64,000 nucleotides of DNA from Ruminococcus sp. (GCA_015066715.1 SVNU01000001.1:12318-76317); one strand, 5' to 3'; shown: positions 49,501 through 58,174, counted from the stretch's first letter. Notes: generated from the sequence alone by a model not told the origin. Numbers and translations are program-made.

Positions 49501-50078
49501 AGAATGTCACCATCAAGTCTCTCCGCACTTCCGAAGCCCCATGAAGGACGTCTGCTTTCATCTACGAATCCAACTGTAAGACTTCTTACATCCGTACCCT
49601 CTTTAAGGTCATAGGTTACAATATCAATTTTACCGTCATTGACGCATGCACCCTTACAGAAAAAAACATAGGAACCGGCTTCTGCTTTTTTCATAAGCGA
49701 CTCAATGTAATCATTCCATACAGAAAGACGCTTTTTTACATTTTCATTTATGTAGGTAAAATCCTCACTTTTTTCCTGCTGAAAATACAAAGTAAAGCGT
49801 TTGCCCTGTATCTGATTGTTGTTAACAGATGTACAGAAAAAATTATTGCTGTCAAGCCTGCCGCAAAGTGTGACAGTCCTGCCGTTTATGTTAAAGCATA
49901 ACAGTATCTGCTGACCGTCATTGACAGCTGCCTTTATTTCAAAGGCTTCCTCCTCCGGAAACATTATCAGAGGAAGTTCATATTTTGATACACCCTTTAA
50001 TGTGCTGAAATTTTTCAGTTCATCTATCGCTCTGGGCGACATGGTAAGATTCAATTTTAATATCTGATTTTCCGGCAA
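46599..50078 (-). CDS. SF1 helicase of the UPF1/DNA2/NAM7 type with a large helical insertion and C-terminal winged helix
   Basis: GPPGTGKT (I), SQSNLAVDN (Ia), IIDEASK (II), LVGDHKQLPP (III), QYRMH (IV), SVDRFQGME (V), RRINVAMSRAR (VI). Confidence 0.9.
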   Translation of the reverse strand: MPENQILKLNLTMSPRAIDELKNFSTLKGVSKYELPLIMFPEEEAFEIKAAVNDGQQILLCFNINGRTVTLCGRLDSNNFFCTSVNNNQIQGKRFTLYFQQEKSEDFTYINENVKKRLSVWNDYIESLMKKAEAGSYVFFCKGACVNDGKIDIVTYDLKEGTDVRSLTVGFVDESRRPSWGFGSAERLDGDILTVRPFSDNVIGVMKELSAGIRLIAYDGAADITCKRMKSGIDKLCKGEAVNKRLPEFIFEPKKANRSMGENVVLDSENLLSENMNSEQITAVEGALNAEDLYLIQGPPGTGKTTVIAEICYQNAIRGLKTLIVSQSNLAVDNAISRVMNHADIRVLRKGDTSRVEEEGLPFVEDNVVGTWISCIARESASMDADITQRMERLKQNRARLPEILSYAENALNLQKEKLELESQLYFYKSVFEDAKRRRSDFFELIAKAYETDDIEYAEKARDIYPPDFIIPNDIYNDILRRYHDIKADSQLLHQYEYELDFLNEYTERFLEHFNYICKKVGSRIMDKTVYEGVFYYADFNMVESLYNEGCAILESEPQGVKALVFGFKWRRLAALYFRRAENLMMSIQLKTVRLCERIYKIKNDVEFIENVQSYHISLDALGENFENQYYGCKAKGEKLYKEFTDISGEYNYAVEYLKEKIADDFYAKALKNIDLSDISLEQIEYNVNKYYQVRYTRYDKWKRLLYEWRRKISDSSGQSFNALKNLYIKNANVIGITCIQSGTKDFNENYPSFDVVIIDEASKSTPPDIILPMLKGKKIILVGDHKQLPPFIDSNAYDEISEEDTTLRELIKVSLFEELYEKSEPVMRTMLFRQYRMHRDIAALINQFYINTDAGRLESPASEYKKHCCQGIEISEDNHVLWYDIPDSEEYRENKKSSSYYNVYEAETIKKILCVLEKNLSDNNCRKSVGVITFYDAQVKLLEDEIINSGFCGRFGHFTLRIGSVDRFQGMEEDIIIVSFVRNNPEHLIGFARDSRRINVAMSRARELLIITGCSQNFIKSSNPESSRMFYNIYDITKKLGGIRNSGEIPDIKLEDRGYSPCKSDMVKSSGQYNDTEVSSDENINILDYFILKAAGEFKEQHLSLKNISNALGIAPVFVENRINHLKRENLLEYRNKLVKITPNGENTITALTNDYSM

Positions 50079-50182
50079 TTTTCAGCACCTCCGCATAATT
50101 ATACATATTAATTATAGCATAAAATAAGTTTTATTACAACTGATTAATAAAAATATATGGGTAATCGCTTGCTTACCCATAT

Positions 50183-50478
50183 CAATTTGTCGAAAAAGTC
50201 TTTAGAAAAAGTTTTTTTCATATTTCAAAGTTTTGTTCAAGCTTTTTCAAAAGTTTGCGGGGTCGAGGGGCAGCGCCACTCGTCGCCATCCGCAGATGGT
50301 GAAACACCTTGCCTCAGCGGCGCATTTACGAGGGTGAATTGACAAAACAGCCCAGTGGGCTGTTTTGGGGGAGGGGACGCTTTGCAAGAAAAAGCGTCCC
50401 CTTACTAACTGTATTTGTAATCTTAATCTGCCGATTGAATCGGCACGAAAGTCAATATTGAATTTTTTCTGCAGTATG
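50183..50478 (+). mobile_element. MITE-like element, copy A (296 bp), flanked by a duplicated 28-bp hairpin
   Basis: Ends CAATTTGTCGAAAAAGTC..TTTTTTCTGCAGTATG; flanks 50155-50182 and 50479-50506 are 24/28 identical palindromes; homologous to 59154-59450. Confidence 0.8.
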
Positions 50479-50513
50479 ATATGGGTAATCACCTGATTAC
50501 CCATACCATAAAC

Positions 50514-51185
50514 TTAAATCATAAACATCAGCAAATCCCAGTACATATGCAAAGTGATTGGAACAAGTATATTTCTGCTTTTAATAAAAATCAGACTGAA
50601 AATAACGCTTAAAATCAATACAGAGATAAATCCCAGACTTGTAAATGCACTGATAAACATTCCATCACAAATCCATCTCGGAAAATGAATTGCAAGAAAA
50701 AGCAAAGCATTAAATAGTATGTAAAGCCACTTTTTATCCTCACATACGGTAATATTAAGAAGCCAGCCTCTGAACACCATTTCTTCTGTCAAACCAACAA
50801 ATAAAACTATTATTATACTCTCTGCACCGAAATCATCATTAACAGCAATTCTGCCATTTTGCAATAATTCCGAAACGGCTATATAAACAGTAAAAGCAAT
50901 AAAAACCGGAATATATTTAAGCCAGTTCACTTTTATGTTAAACATATCTTTTAAGGATACATAAACATCATCCTTAAAATACTTCACAAGCATAATAGCC
51001 GGAAGCGTCCATACAAGATTTTTTGTTATTCCGCTTTTAACGAACTGATTTGCCGCATTATTTTCAATAAAACTATCAATAAAATCTTTTCCTATAAATT
51101 CAAATACCGTCCACAAGCCAAAGAAAGCAACTAAATATATTATCAGTATTGACGTTTTCTTTTTATTAATCATAATTATCTCCAT
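50514..51185 (-). CDS. CPBP (CAAX/Abi) intramembrane metalloprotease
   Basis: EEMVFRG, FLAIH, HMYWD motifs; multiple TM. Confidence 0.9.
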   Translation of the reverse strand: MEIIMINKKKTSILIIYLVAFFGLWTVFEFIGKDFIDSFIENNAANQFVKSGITKNLVWTLPAIMLVKYFKDDVYVSLKDMFNIKVNWLKYIPVFIAFTVYIAVSELLQNGRIAVNDDFGAESIIIVLFVGLTEEMVFRGWLLNITVCEDKKWLYILFNALLFLAIHFPRWICDGMFISAFTSLGFISVLILSVIFSLIFIKSRNILVPITLHMYWDLLMFMI

Positions 51186-51188
51186 ATA

Positions 51189-51662
51189 TCATTTAGCCTT
51201 ACAGCTCATTTTATCAACATCAAGTCTGAAAATTGCTGTAACTCTGAACATCTCATCTGAATAACTCCAACGTTCATTTCCTGTTGTCTGCTTCATGAGT
51301 TTATTAAGACCCAGTATTTTTTCATCTTTATCATCAACAATACCAAGTGTTCCCGTACCAATTACACTTTGAAACTTAGCCGAATAATCGCAGGCAATAT
51401 CTCCGTCAGTCAGTTCATAATTGCCGTCAATTTCAAAACCGATCTTTGGCTTTTTCTGACTTAACTCAAACTTTCTTCCAGCCTTTGCACCGTGAAAATA
51501 AAATCTGAAACAATTATTTTCATATACATACCCATAATTAACAGGCACAATGTATATATCACCATCATCGTAAAAGGCAATTCTCAGAATCTGCTCTTTG
51601 GCAATAAATTTTTCGATTAAATTTAAATCCTTGATTTCTCTGTCGCTTCTTCTCATAATCAT
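51189..51662 (-). CDS. Pyridoxamine 5'-phosphate oxidase / NimA-like flavin-binding protein
   Basis: MRRSDREI, YIVPVNYG, YFHGAK.GRK, FQSVIG.G. Confidence 0.88.
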   Translation of the reverse strand: MIMRRSDREIKDLNLIEKFIAKEQILRIAFYDDGDIYIVPVNYGYVYENNCFRFYFHGAKAGRKFELSQKKPKIGFEIDGNYELTDGDIACDYSAKFQSVIGTGTLGIVDDKDEKILGLNKLMKQTTGNERWSYSDEMFRVTAIFRLDVDKMSCKAK

Positions 51663-51683
51663 TTCCTTTTTTAGTTATATCTA

Positions 51684-51932
51684 TCAAACAATTTTAACCC
51701 TGTGTGCCGTAATAATTGTATAACTGTGTGCATTGACAGTTATTCTTACATTATCAGCCTCACAGTACCAGTTTTTGCCCTGCCTGTAAATATTACACTC
51801 TTTTTCAAGTATTACACTTTTGCAGTATTCCACAACATCATCGGTATTTAGCTGTAAATTGCTTTTTATACGCTTAACTCCAAGCTCTGTTGTGTGGAGT
51901 TTGTTGAGGTTGTTCAAGAGAATTTCGGTCAT
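51684..51932 (-). CDS. DUF3781 family protein
   Basis: LHTTELG..RIK.NL, R.GKNWY, ITVNA.SYTIITAH. Confidence 0.8.
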   Translation of the reverse strand: MTEILLNNLNKLHTTELGVKRIKSNLQLNTDDVVEYCKSVILEKECNIYRQGKNWYCEADNVRITVNAHSYTIITAHRVKIV

Positions 51933-52456
51933 TTTGTTTTCTCCGAAAATTCTTTTTTCAGCAAAGCATAGATATAAAAATCCTCATAAACGTTTTCATT
52001 TTCCTTAGAAGGATATATTTCTTTATGTTCGGCTTCTTTCCTCATTCCAAGCCTTTCAGCCAGTTTTACGGATTTTGTGTTCCTTGTATTAATTTGCGCA
52101 ATTATACGTCTTACACTAAGCTCTGAAAAGGCATATTCCATCATACCCTTTACACTTTCGCAAGCGTATCCTTTGCCCTGATAACTGCCGTTAAACGTAT
52201 ACCCTATCTCATAACATCCATATTTTCTGTCAGAAAAATATATTTTACCGATAACCTTGTTATCTAAAACAACTGCAAAAAATTCATCGCTGTTTGAAAA
52301 ATTTATTGCTTCCTGCACACAGGCTTCTTTTGTAAATGTTTCATAAGGTTCAAAATATGTAACTTCCTTATCCGTCAGAATTTCCGCTAAATCTTCAAAG
52401 TCCTCAGCAGCAAACTTTCTTATTGTAAGACGCTTGGTAGTAAATAATGCAGACAT
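51929..52456 (-). CDS. RimJ/RimL-type GNAT acetyltransferase
   Basis: T.RL.IR, EIGY, YQGKGYA, N..S.KL.ERLGM..E. Confidence 0.9.
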   Translation of the reverse strand: MSALFTTKRLTIRKFAAEDFEDLAEILTDKEVTYFEPYETFTKEACVQEAINFSNSDEFFAVVLDNKVIGKIYFSDRKYGCYEIGYTFNGSYQGKGYACESVKGMMEYAFSELSVRRIIAQINTRNTKSVKLAERLGMRKEAEHKEIYPSKENENVYEDFYIYALLKKEFSEKTK

Positions 52457-52473
52457 GCTTTTTCCTCCCCAAC

Positions 52474-53085
52474 TTAAAACATAGCTTTTAACTTTTTACT
52501 TTCACTTGAATATTTTCCCGATTTATCAAGAATACCCGAAACCTGTGACAAAACAATTTTGGAATAATGATAAAAGCTATAGAATAAATTATCCGGAACG
52601 GCATCAGGATTTTCATAAATTTCATCAAGTTCATCTTCAGTAACTTCTTCTGAAAGAAGATATTTTTCATTCAGCATATCAGAAAAATTATCAAGTGGCT
52701 GAGCATGTTCTTCGTTTTCAACATCAGTGCAAACCTTGATATAATATATAAACTGATTGATCAGTATTCCTGCAATTTTTTTATCTGATTTTGTATTACT
52801 GTCAAGTAACTTTTCCAGTATTCTTACAAGGAACACCAAAACAAACGGAGCAGGCGGACACATTGTACTCTGATGCTCAAAATCCGAAATCTTGTAATAA
52901 ATTTTTTTCCATTCTTCAACATCATGTGTCTGTTCAAGGATTGACAACAATTCGTCATAACCCTCAGCTGTACCAAAGGCAGTGAACATTCTGTGCCATG
53001 GAATATCCTTGTAATTCAGATTATCAATGTAGTCTTTTATTTCTTTATTCATATCAACATAGGATTTTTTAATATGAGTAAACAT
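52474..53085 (-). CDS. Hypothetical helical protein
   Basis: 203 aa, IPWHRM.TAFG.A..FEHQST..P.APF motif; abuts the upstream gene. Confidence 0.65.
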   Translation of the reverse strand: MFTHIKKSYVDMNKEIKDYIDNLNYKDIPWHRMFTAFGTAEGYDELLSILEQTHDVEEWKKIYYKISDFEHQSTMCPPAPFVLVFLVRILEKLLDSNTKSDKKIAGILINQFIYYIKVCTDVENEEHAQPLDNFSDMLNEKYLLSEEVTEDELDEIYENPDAVPDNLFYSFYHYSKIVLSQVSGILDKSGKYSSESKKLKAMF

Positions 53086-53658
53086 TTAAAAATCCCATTC
53101 TCCCTTCATATTCATAAGCAAATCTTCAATTGAATCTGCTATCTTAATGGAAACTTTGTCAAAATTCTGAACTGCAAAAACTTCACCGGTATCATTATCA
53201 ACATGTACCAAATAGCTGTCATTTCCCTCAATACAACAAAAACCGCCTATTAAAAAATATTCTCCTTCACTCATATAGTGAAGTTCTTTTTTGTTGAATA
53301 AAAATTTTACATCTTCTGAAAGTTTATGCTGAGATTTTGGTAAAACCTCATCCAAAACCAATTGTCCTACTGTATCGGTGCTGCCACATAAAGGCAAAAA
53401 CCAATATGTAGACAGGTATTCCTTAATTTGTGGATTGATAGAAAAACCAAGTTCTTCTTCAAGATGTTTAAATTCAATAGGCTCGGTCTGGAGTTTAGGC
53501 TTCCATTCCAATTCGTTTTCTTCTTCAATAGTTGAAATTATAAGAGGACAATCAGCATATTTTTCAGACTTTGAAACTGTTGGAAAAGTTCCCCATTTTT
53601 TTCTCCAGGAATTATTGTTTTTTTCAAAAAACGTGTCAAAAGCTTCTTTCATACTCAT
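53086..53658 (-). CDS. Syd/SUKH (SMI1-KNR4-like) superfamily protein
   Basis: EWKP..Q...F..LE.ELG..I...IKEYL.TYWF and V.N.TGEV..IADSIEDLL pattern. Confidence 0.65.
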   Translation of the reverse strand: MSMKEAFDTFFEKNNNSWRKKWGTFPTVSKSEKYADCPLIISTIEEENELEWKPKLQTEPIEFKHLEEELGFSINPQIKEYLSTYWFLPLCGSTDTVGQLVLDEVLPKSQHKLSEDVKFLFNKKELHYMSEGEYFLIGGFCCIEGNDSYLVHVDNDTGEVFAVQNFDKVSIKIADSIEDLLMNMKGEWDF

Positions 53659-53705
53659 TTGTCAGTTCCTCCTGAATAAACTATTGAATTCAAATTTATT
53701 GTATA

Positions 53706-53735
53706 AAAGCCCTCACACCAAAAAGCGTGAGGGCA
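53706..53735 (-). terminator. Terminator after pnp
   Basis: Minus strand GCCCTCACGC-tttttg-GTGTGAGGGC followed by TTTT. Confidence 0.8.
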
Positions 53736-53740
53736 TAAAA

Positions 53741-55855
53741 TTACTGATTTTTCTTAGCTTCAAGGTCAGCAAGAGCGTCTTTTCTTGAAAGATTAACTCT
53801 GCCCTGCTTGTCAATTTCAGTTACCTTAACAACAATTTCGTCACCGATTGAAACAACATCTTCAACCTTTTCAACTCTGTTCTTGTCAAGCTTTGAAATG
53901 TGAACAAGACCATCCTTGCCAGGTGCAATTTCAACGAATGCACCGAACTGCATTATTCTTACAACCTTACCCTTGTAGATAGCACCAACTTCAGGACCTG
54001 CTGCAATTGTATTTACAATAGCGATAGCCTTGTTGCAGTTATCCATATCAATGCCGGAAACGAATACGTTTCCTTCTTCATTAATGTCAATCTTAACATC
54101 ACATTCAGCAGTAATTTTCTGGATAACCTTACCGCCCTGACCGATTACGTCTCTGATTTTATCAACATCAATCTTTGTCTGGAGCATCTTAGGAGCGTAT
54201 TTATTTACTGTTTCTCTTGGCTGTGGAATAGCCTTGAGCATAATTTCATCAAGAATATAAAGTCTTGCTTTTCTTGTCTTTTCAAAAGCTTCCTTAATGA
54301 TTGCAGGAGTAAGACCATCAACCTTGATATCAACCTGAATAGCTGTGATACCGTTATGAGTACCGCCAACCTTAAAGTCCATATCACCAAAGAAGTCTTC
54401 AAGACCCTGAATATCAACCATAGTCATAAACTCGTCACTGTCAGGCTTTGTAATAAGACCGCATGAAATACCTGCAACAGGAGCTTTAATCGGAACGCCT
54501 GCGTCCATAAGAGCAAGTGTAGAACCACAGATTGAACCCTGTGAAGTAGAACCGTTTGAAGAAAGTACTTCTGAAACAAGTCTTAAAGCGTATGGGAATT
54601 CCTCAACTGAAGGAATAACAGGAGCGAGAGCCTTTTCAGCAAGAGCGCCATGACCGATTTCACGTCTTCCCGGACCTCTGCTTGGCTTTGTTTCACCAAC
54701 AGAATATGATGGGAAGTTATAGTGATGCATATATCTCTTTGAATCTTCTTCATCAAGACCGTCAATTTTCTGTGCTTCACTTACAGGGCCAAGGGTAGCA
54801 ATAGTAAGTACCTGAGTCTGTCCTCTTGTAAAGAGACCTGAACCATGAACTCTCGGGAGAAGTCCGACTTCAGCCGCAAGCGGTCTGATTTCATCGATAC
54901 CACGTCCGTCAACACGCTTACCCTCATAAAGCCAGTTTCTTACAATCTTCTTCTGAAGCTTGTAGATGCACTCGTCAATCATACCAATCTGTTCAGGATA
55001 TGTTTCATCAAACTTTTCGTGAATGTCATCCTTGATTGGTGCAAGTCTTTCTTCACGGATGTTCTTGTCGTTTGTATCAAGAGCGAACTTGATTCTTTCG
55101 GCAGCAAATTCCTCGATAGCGTCAAACATATCGTGGTCAACTTCCTGTGATTCAAATTCAAACTTCTTCTTACCAATCTGTGACTGAATATCGCTGATGA
55201 AAGAAACCATCTTCTTGATTTCTTCATGACCTGTTAAAATAGCTTCAAGCATTGTATCGTCAGGCACTTCGTTCGCACCTGCTTCAATCATAACGATTTT
55301 TTCAGCAGAACCTGCAACAGTAAGGTTAAGGTCTGATTTAGCTCTCTGTTCAAGAGTAGGATTTAAAACAATCTGTCCGTCAACAAGACCTACACTGATA
55401 CCTGCAATTGGACCGTTCCAAGGAATATCAGAAATAGAAATTGCCACAGCTGTCGCAATCATGCCTGTAATTTCAGGTGAGCAGTCAGGGTCAACCGCCA
55501 TAACTGTCATAACAACAGAAACGTCATTTCTCATATCCTTCGGGAAAAGCGGACGGATAGGTCTGTCAACCATACGTGAAGTAAGGATAGCCTTTTCGGA
55601 AGGCTTGCCTTCTCTCTTTGTGAATGAACCCGGAATTTTACCTACCGAGTAAAGTCTTTCTTCATAGTCAACAGAAAGCGGGAAGAAATCAACCCCTTCT
55701 CTTGGCTTCTGGCTTGCTGTAACGTTAGCCATTACAACAGTTTCGCCATAGTGTACCCAGCATGAACCGTTTGAAAGTTCGCATGTCTTGCCTGTTTCTA
55801 CAACAAGTTCTCTGCCGGCAAATGTTGTTTTAAAAGTTCTGTAATTTTCAAACAT
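53741..55855 (-). CDS. pnp: Polyribonucleotide nucleotidyltransferase
   Basis: DFFPLSVDYEE, RVHGSGLFTRGQTQ, RREIGHG, SNGSTSQ, GDMDFKV, KH and S1 domains. Confidence 0.99.
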   Translation of the reverse strand: MFENYRTFKTTFAGRELVVETGKTCELSNGSCWVHYGETVVMANVTASQKPREGVDFFPLSVDYEERLYSVGKIPGSFTKREGKPSEKAILTSRMVDRPIRPLFPKDMRNDVSVVMTVMAVDPDCSPEITGMIATAVAISISDIPWNGPIAGISVGLVDGQIVLNPTLEQRAKSDLNLTVAGSAEKIVMIEAGANEVPDDTMLEAILTGHEEIKKMVSFISDIQSQIGKKKFEFESQEVDHDMFDAIEEFAAERIKFALDTNDKNIREERLAPIKDDIHEKFDETYPEQIGMIDECIYKLQKKIVRNWLYEGKRVDGRGIDEIRPLAAEVGLLPRVHGSGLFTRGQTQVLTIATLGPVSEAQKIDGLDEEDSKRYMHHYNFPSYSVGETKPSRGPGRREIGHGALAEKALAPVIPSVEEFPYALRLVSEVLSSNGSTSQGSICGSTLALMDAGVPIKAPVAGISCGLITKPDSDEFMTMVDIQGLEDFFGDMDFKVGGTHNGITAIQVDIKVDGLTPAIIKEAFEKTRKARLYILDEIMLKAIPQPRETVNKYAPKMLQTKIDVDKIRDVIGQGGKVIQKITAECDVKIDINEEGNVFVSGIDMDNCNKAIAIVNTIAAGPEVGAIYKGKVVRIMQFGAFVEIAPGKDGLVHISKLDKNRVEKVEDVVSIGDEIVVKVTEIDKQGRVNLSRKDALADLEAKKNQ

Positions 55856-55876
55856 AAAAATGCCTCCATTAATACA

Positions 55877-55945
55877 GCAGTAAACTTAGCAATAAACTCT
55901 GCATCCGAAGCTCGGATTCACAGTTTAATGCTAATCACTACTGCA
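55877..55945 (-). promoter_or_regulatory. Long irregular stem-loop in the pnp leader (candidate RNase III/PNPase autoregulation site)
   Basis: GCAGTA/TACTGC, TTAGCA/TGCTAA, TAAAC/GTTTA and ATCCGA/TCGGAT nested arms just upstream of the RBS. Confidence 0.65.
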
Positions 55946-55985
55946 TTTTATTTTTTACTTCTTTTTACTTACTTTAAATGGTTTA

Positions 55986-56016
55986 AAAGGCAGAGCGGAT
56001 TTCTCCGGACTGCCTT
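55986..56016 (-). terminator. Terminator-like hairpin after rpsO
   Basis: AAAGGCAG..CGGA..TCCG..CTGCCTTT. Confidence 0.6.
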
Positions 56017-56037
56017 TGATAAACATAGAACAAGTTC

Positions 56038-56304
56038 TTACTTACGGATGCCGAGCTTTTCAATGATTGCACGGTATCTGTTGATGTCCTTCTTCTTAAG
56101 GTATCCGAGAAGGTTTCTTCTGTGACCTACCATCTTGAGAAGACCTCTTCTTGAGTGGTGATCCTTCTTGTGAACCTTAAGGTGTTCTGTCAGATCGTTG
56201 ATTCTTCTTGTAAGGATAGCGATCTGTACTTCAGGAGAACCTGTGTCATTTTCGTGTGTCTTGTTAGCCTCAATAACGGCTGTCTTTTCTTCTTTTAAAA
56301 GCAT
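56038..56304 (-). CDS. rpsO: 30S ribosomal protein S15
   Basis: [29 protein letters not shown]; start ATG 56304 (GAGGTG RBS). Confidence 0.99.
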   Translation of the reverse strand: MLLKEEKTAVIEANKTHENDTGSPEVQIAILTRRINDLTEHLKVHKKDHHSRRGLLKMVGHRRNLLGYLKKKDINRYRAIIEKLGIRK

Positions 56305-56401
56305 TTCTTTCACCTCTTTAAATATTAGTGCCAAACTTAGAAGTGGGCAGGTAAATTCCCAAACGGGCTTAACCCCAAATCCATGTAAACAGCACTTTTA
56401 T

Positions 56402-56430
56402 ATTATATCACATCTTTTTTGATTTGTAAA
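56402..56430 (-). promoter_or_regulatory. SigA-type promoter of rpsO-pnp
   Basis: TTTACA-N17-TATAAT with extended TG. Confidence 0.7.
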
Positions 56431-56452
56431 GACCTTTTCCTCTTTTTTTGTA

Positions 56453-56572
56453 CTGTTTTTGGGGAGGGGATGCTTTTTCCTGCAAAGCGTCCCCTCCCCA
56501 GCTATCTTTGTAATCTCAATCTGCCGATTCAATCGGCACGAAAATCGATATTGATTTTTTCGTTGCATTCTG
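56453..56572 (+). mobile_element. Truncated MITE-like copy C (right 120 bp only), abutting a terminator hairpin
   Basis: GGGGAGGGGATGCTTT..AAAGCGTCCCCT and CTGCCGATTCAATCGGCACGAAA..TTTTTTTCGTTGCATTCTG match the 3' part of copies A and B. Confidence 0.75.
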
Positions 56573-56600
56573 AAATGACGGCATTTCTGCCGTCATAATT
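56573..56600 (-). terminator. Terminator after the YesL-like gene
   Basis: ATGACGGCA-tttc-TGCCGTCAT hairpin next to the stop codon. Confidence 0.7.
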
Positions 56601-56601
56601 T

Positions 56602-57555
56602 TTATGAAACCGTCTTTCCTTTTTTACTTTTTTTGGAGTTGTCAACCGGCTTTTCCTTACCGCCCATGTCCTCGAAAAGCGCATCATCCTCATCCGGCTC
56701 ATCAGCAAGTTCAGGATTTACTTCACCCTTTTGTTCATAGTATGGGTTGATAACATACTTCTGGATAACCGGATATGAGTTGAATGTAATTGTAAATATA
56801 ATAATTGCCGCAGGAACAAACGGAAATGCCCATACGGTGTAAATATTAAAAATTGCAAGTACTGCAAAGCCGCCTGCAAGAACAATTGTCACTACAAACG
56901 AAATAAGGTTCTTTTTTATTGCATATATAGTCAGAACAATTGAATTTCTGATTACATTTTTAAAGGAAACATCAGTTGCAACAATCAGCAGGTAGCTGTA
57001 AAAACTGACAAATAAAATGCCGATGCCAAGGCTTATACTCAGCACCATAGGAACATACATGAGATAACTGTCCTTCACCTGTGCCATATTCGGATAAACC
57101 TCAATTGCAGCATATACCGAAAACATTACAACAATATCAATAACGCCCATTGCAAAGGATTTTTTGTAGTTCTCAGTAAAAGCTCTTTTAAAATCAGTCA
57201 ATATAAACGAATGCCTTTCCAGAGCATAGCTACGCATTATTTTAAAAACCGCCGCAGTTGCCGGTCCGAAAACAAGCAGGAAAACTATTGTTGAAACAGA
57301 TGCAACTGCCAGTTTCGATGTCAGGTCCGTCATATAAAACAAAGCGTAATAAACAAGCGCCGCCGGTATCAGAAATACCGTATACAAAAGATTTACCTCC
57401 AGAAGCTTCCAGAACTTCCTCAGAAGAATCTCAAAGTACACAACTATCCTGCTTTTTTCAGGTGAATTTTTATCTATTCCCGAACCTGTTTTTTTATAAC
57501 TGTAAAACAAACCCATTTTATTTTTATACTCCTTGATTTTAAAATTAAACTGCAA
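56602..57555 (-). CDS. YesL/DUF624 family membrane protein
   Basis: G.GIDK, RKFWKL..NLLY, FGPATAA, DFKRAF.ENYKKS; multiple TM. Confidence 0.75.
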   Translation of the reverse strand: MQFNFKIKEYKNKMGLFYSYKKTGSGIDKNSPEKSRIVVYFEILLRKFWKLLEVNLLYTVFLIPAALVYYALFYMTDLTSKLAVASVSTIVFLLVFGPATAAVFKIMRSYALERHSFILTDFKRAFTENYKKSFAMGVIDIVVMFSVYAAIEVYPNMAQVKDSYLMYVPMVLSISLGIGILFVSFYSYLLIVATDVSFKNVIRNSIVLTIYAIKKNLISFVVTIVLAGGFAVLAIFNIYTVWAFPFVPAAIIIFTITFNSYPVIQKYVINPYYEQKGEVNPELADEPDEDDALFEDMGGKEKPVDNSKKSKKGKTVS

Positions 57556-58174
57556 AAAATATTCTTCCTAAAAAATACGCAATCAGAACATCAGCCAGCG
57601 ACAAGGCAAATGCCAGTAAAATAAGCACTGCGAATTTAAGCATATAAAGTCTGCCATCCGGCGGATTGTTCCCATCCTGATTGCCGAAAAACGAGTAATC
57701 CGCAATCCGGCGTGAAAGTCTCGCCGACTCTCTTGCACCAAGTATAAGAACAGCAGCAGATGCAGCCGCAAAGGGCAGAGCCGTAATAAGTACCGCAAAA
57801 AAGCCGCTGACGCCAAGCATAAGATAAACAAACGCCGCCGATATTCCCGATACCATACCACGGTAAACAGCTGTAAATCCGGCTATAACCTGTCCGAATG
57901 CAAAATATCCGGAAAAGAACTGTATCATAAGAAGCATGAGAAGCGGAAGAAAGCTTCTGAAAAACTGGCTGAATACCGAAATGTCTGTTTTTGTTTTGAA
58001 AATATTATGTGTAAACAGCAGCCTGTGATAAAAATTAAGATTGTCCGCCGTGCACACAGCGGCAGTTCCGAAAAACACACCGCATATCACCAGAAACAAA
58101 AGTAATGCAAGACACATACGTTTTTTTTGAGTTCTCGAATATACTTTACTGCCTGTAAATTTCATATACATCAT
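57545..58174 (-). CDS. Stage II sporulation protein M-like membrane protein
   Basis: Hydrophobic; G..FG, SG..AFG, YRG..SG, ALP pattern of SpoIIM family. Confidence 0.55.
   Translation of the reverse strand: MMYMKFTGSKVYSRTQKKRMCLALLLFLVICGVFFGTAAVCTADNLNFYHRLLFTHNIFKTKTDISVFSQFFRSFLPLLMLLMIQFFSGYFAFGQVIAGFTAVYRGMVSGISAAFVYLMLGVSGFFAVLITALPFAAASAAVLILGARESARLSRRIADYSFFGNQDGNNPPDGRLYMLKFAVLILLAFALSLADVLIAYFLGRIFFAV

Noticed and set aside
50157-50504. Small ORFs 50157..50342 (+) and 50247..50504 (-), also 59158..59397 (+)
   Set aside because: They lie within the hairpin repeat, frames are not preserved between copies, and there are no transposase motifs.
50155-50506. Palindromic 24-28 bp direct repeats as a possible CRISPR mini-array
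   Set aside because: Only two units per locus, different sequences at each locus, a conserved ~297-bp 'spacer' and no cas genes; better explained as target duplications.
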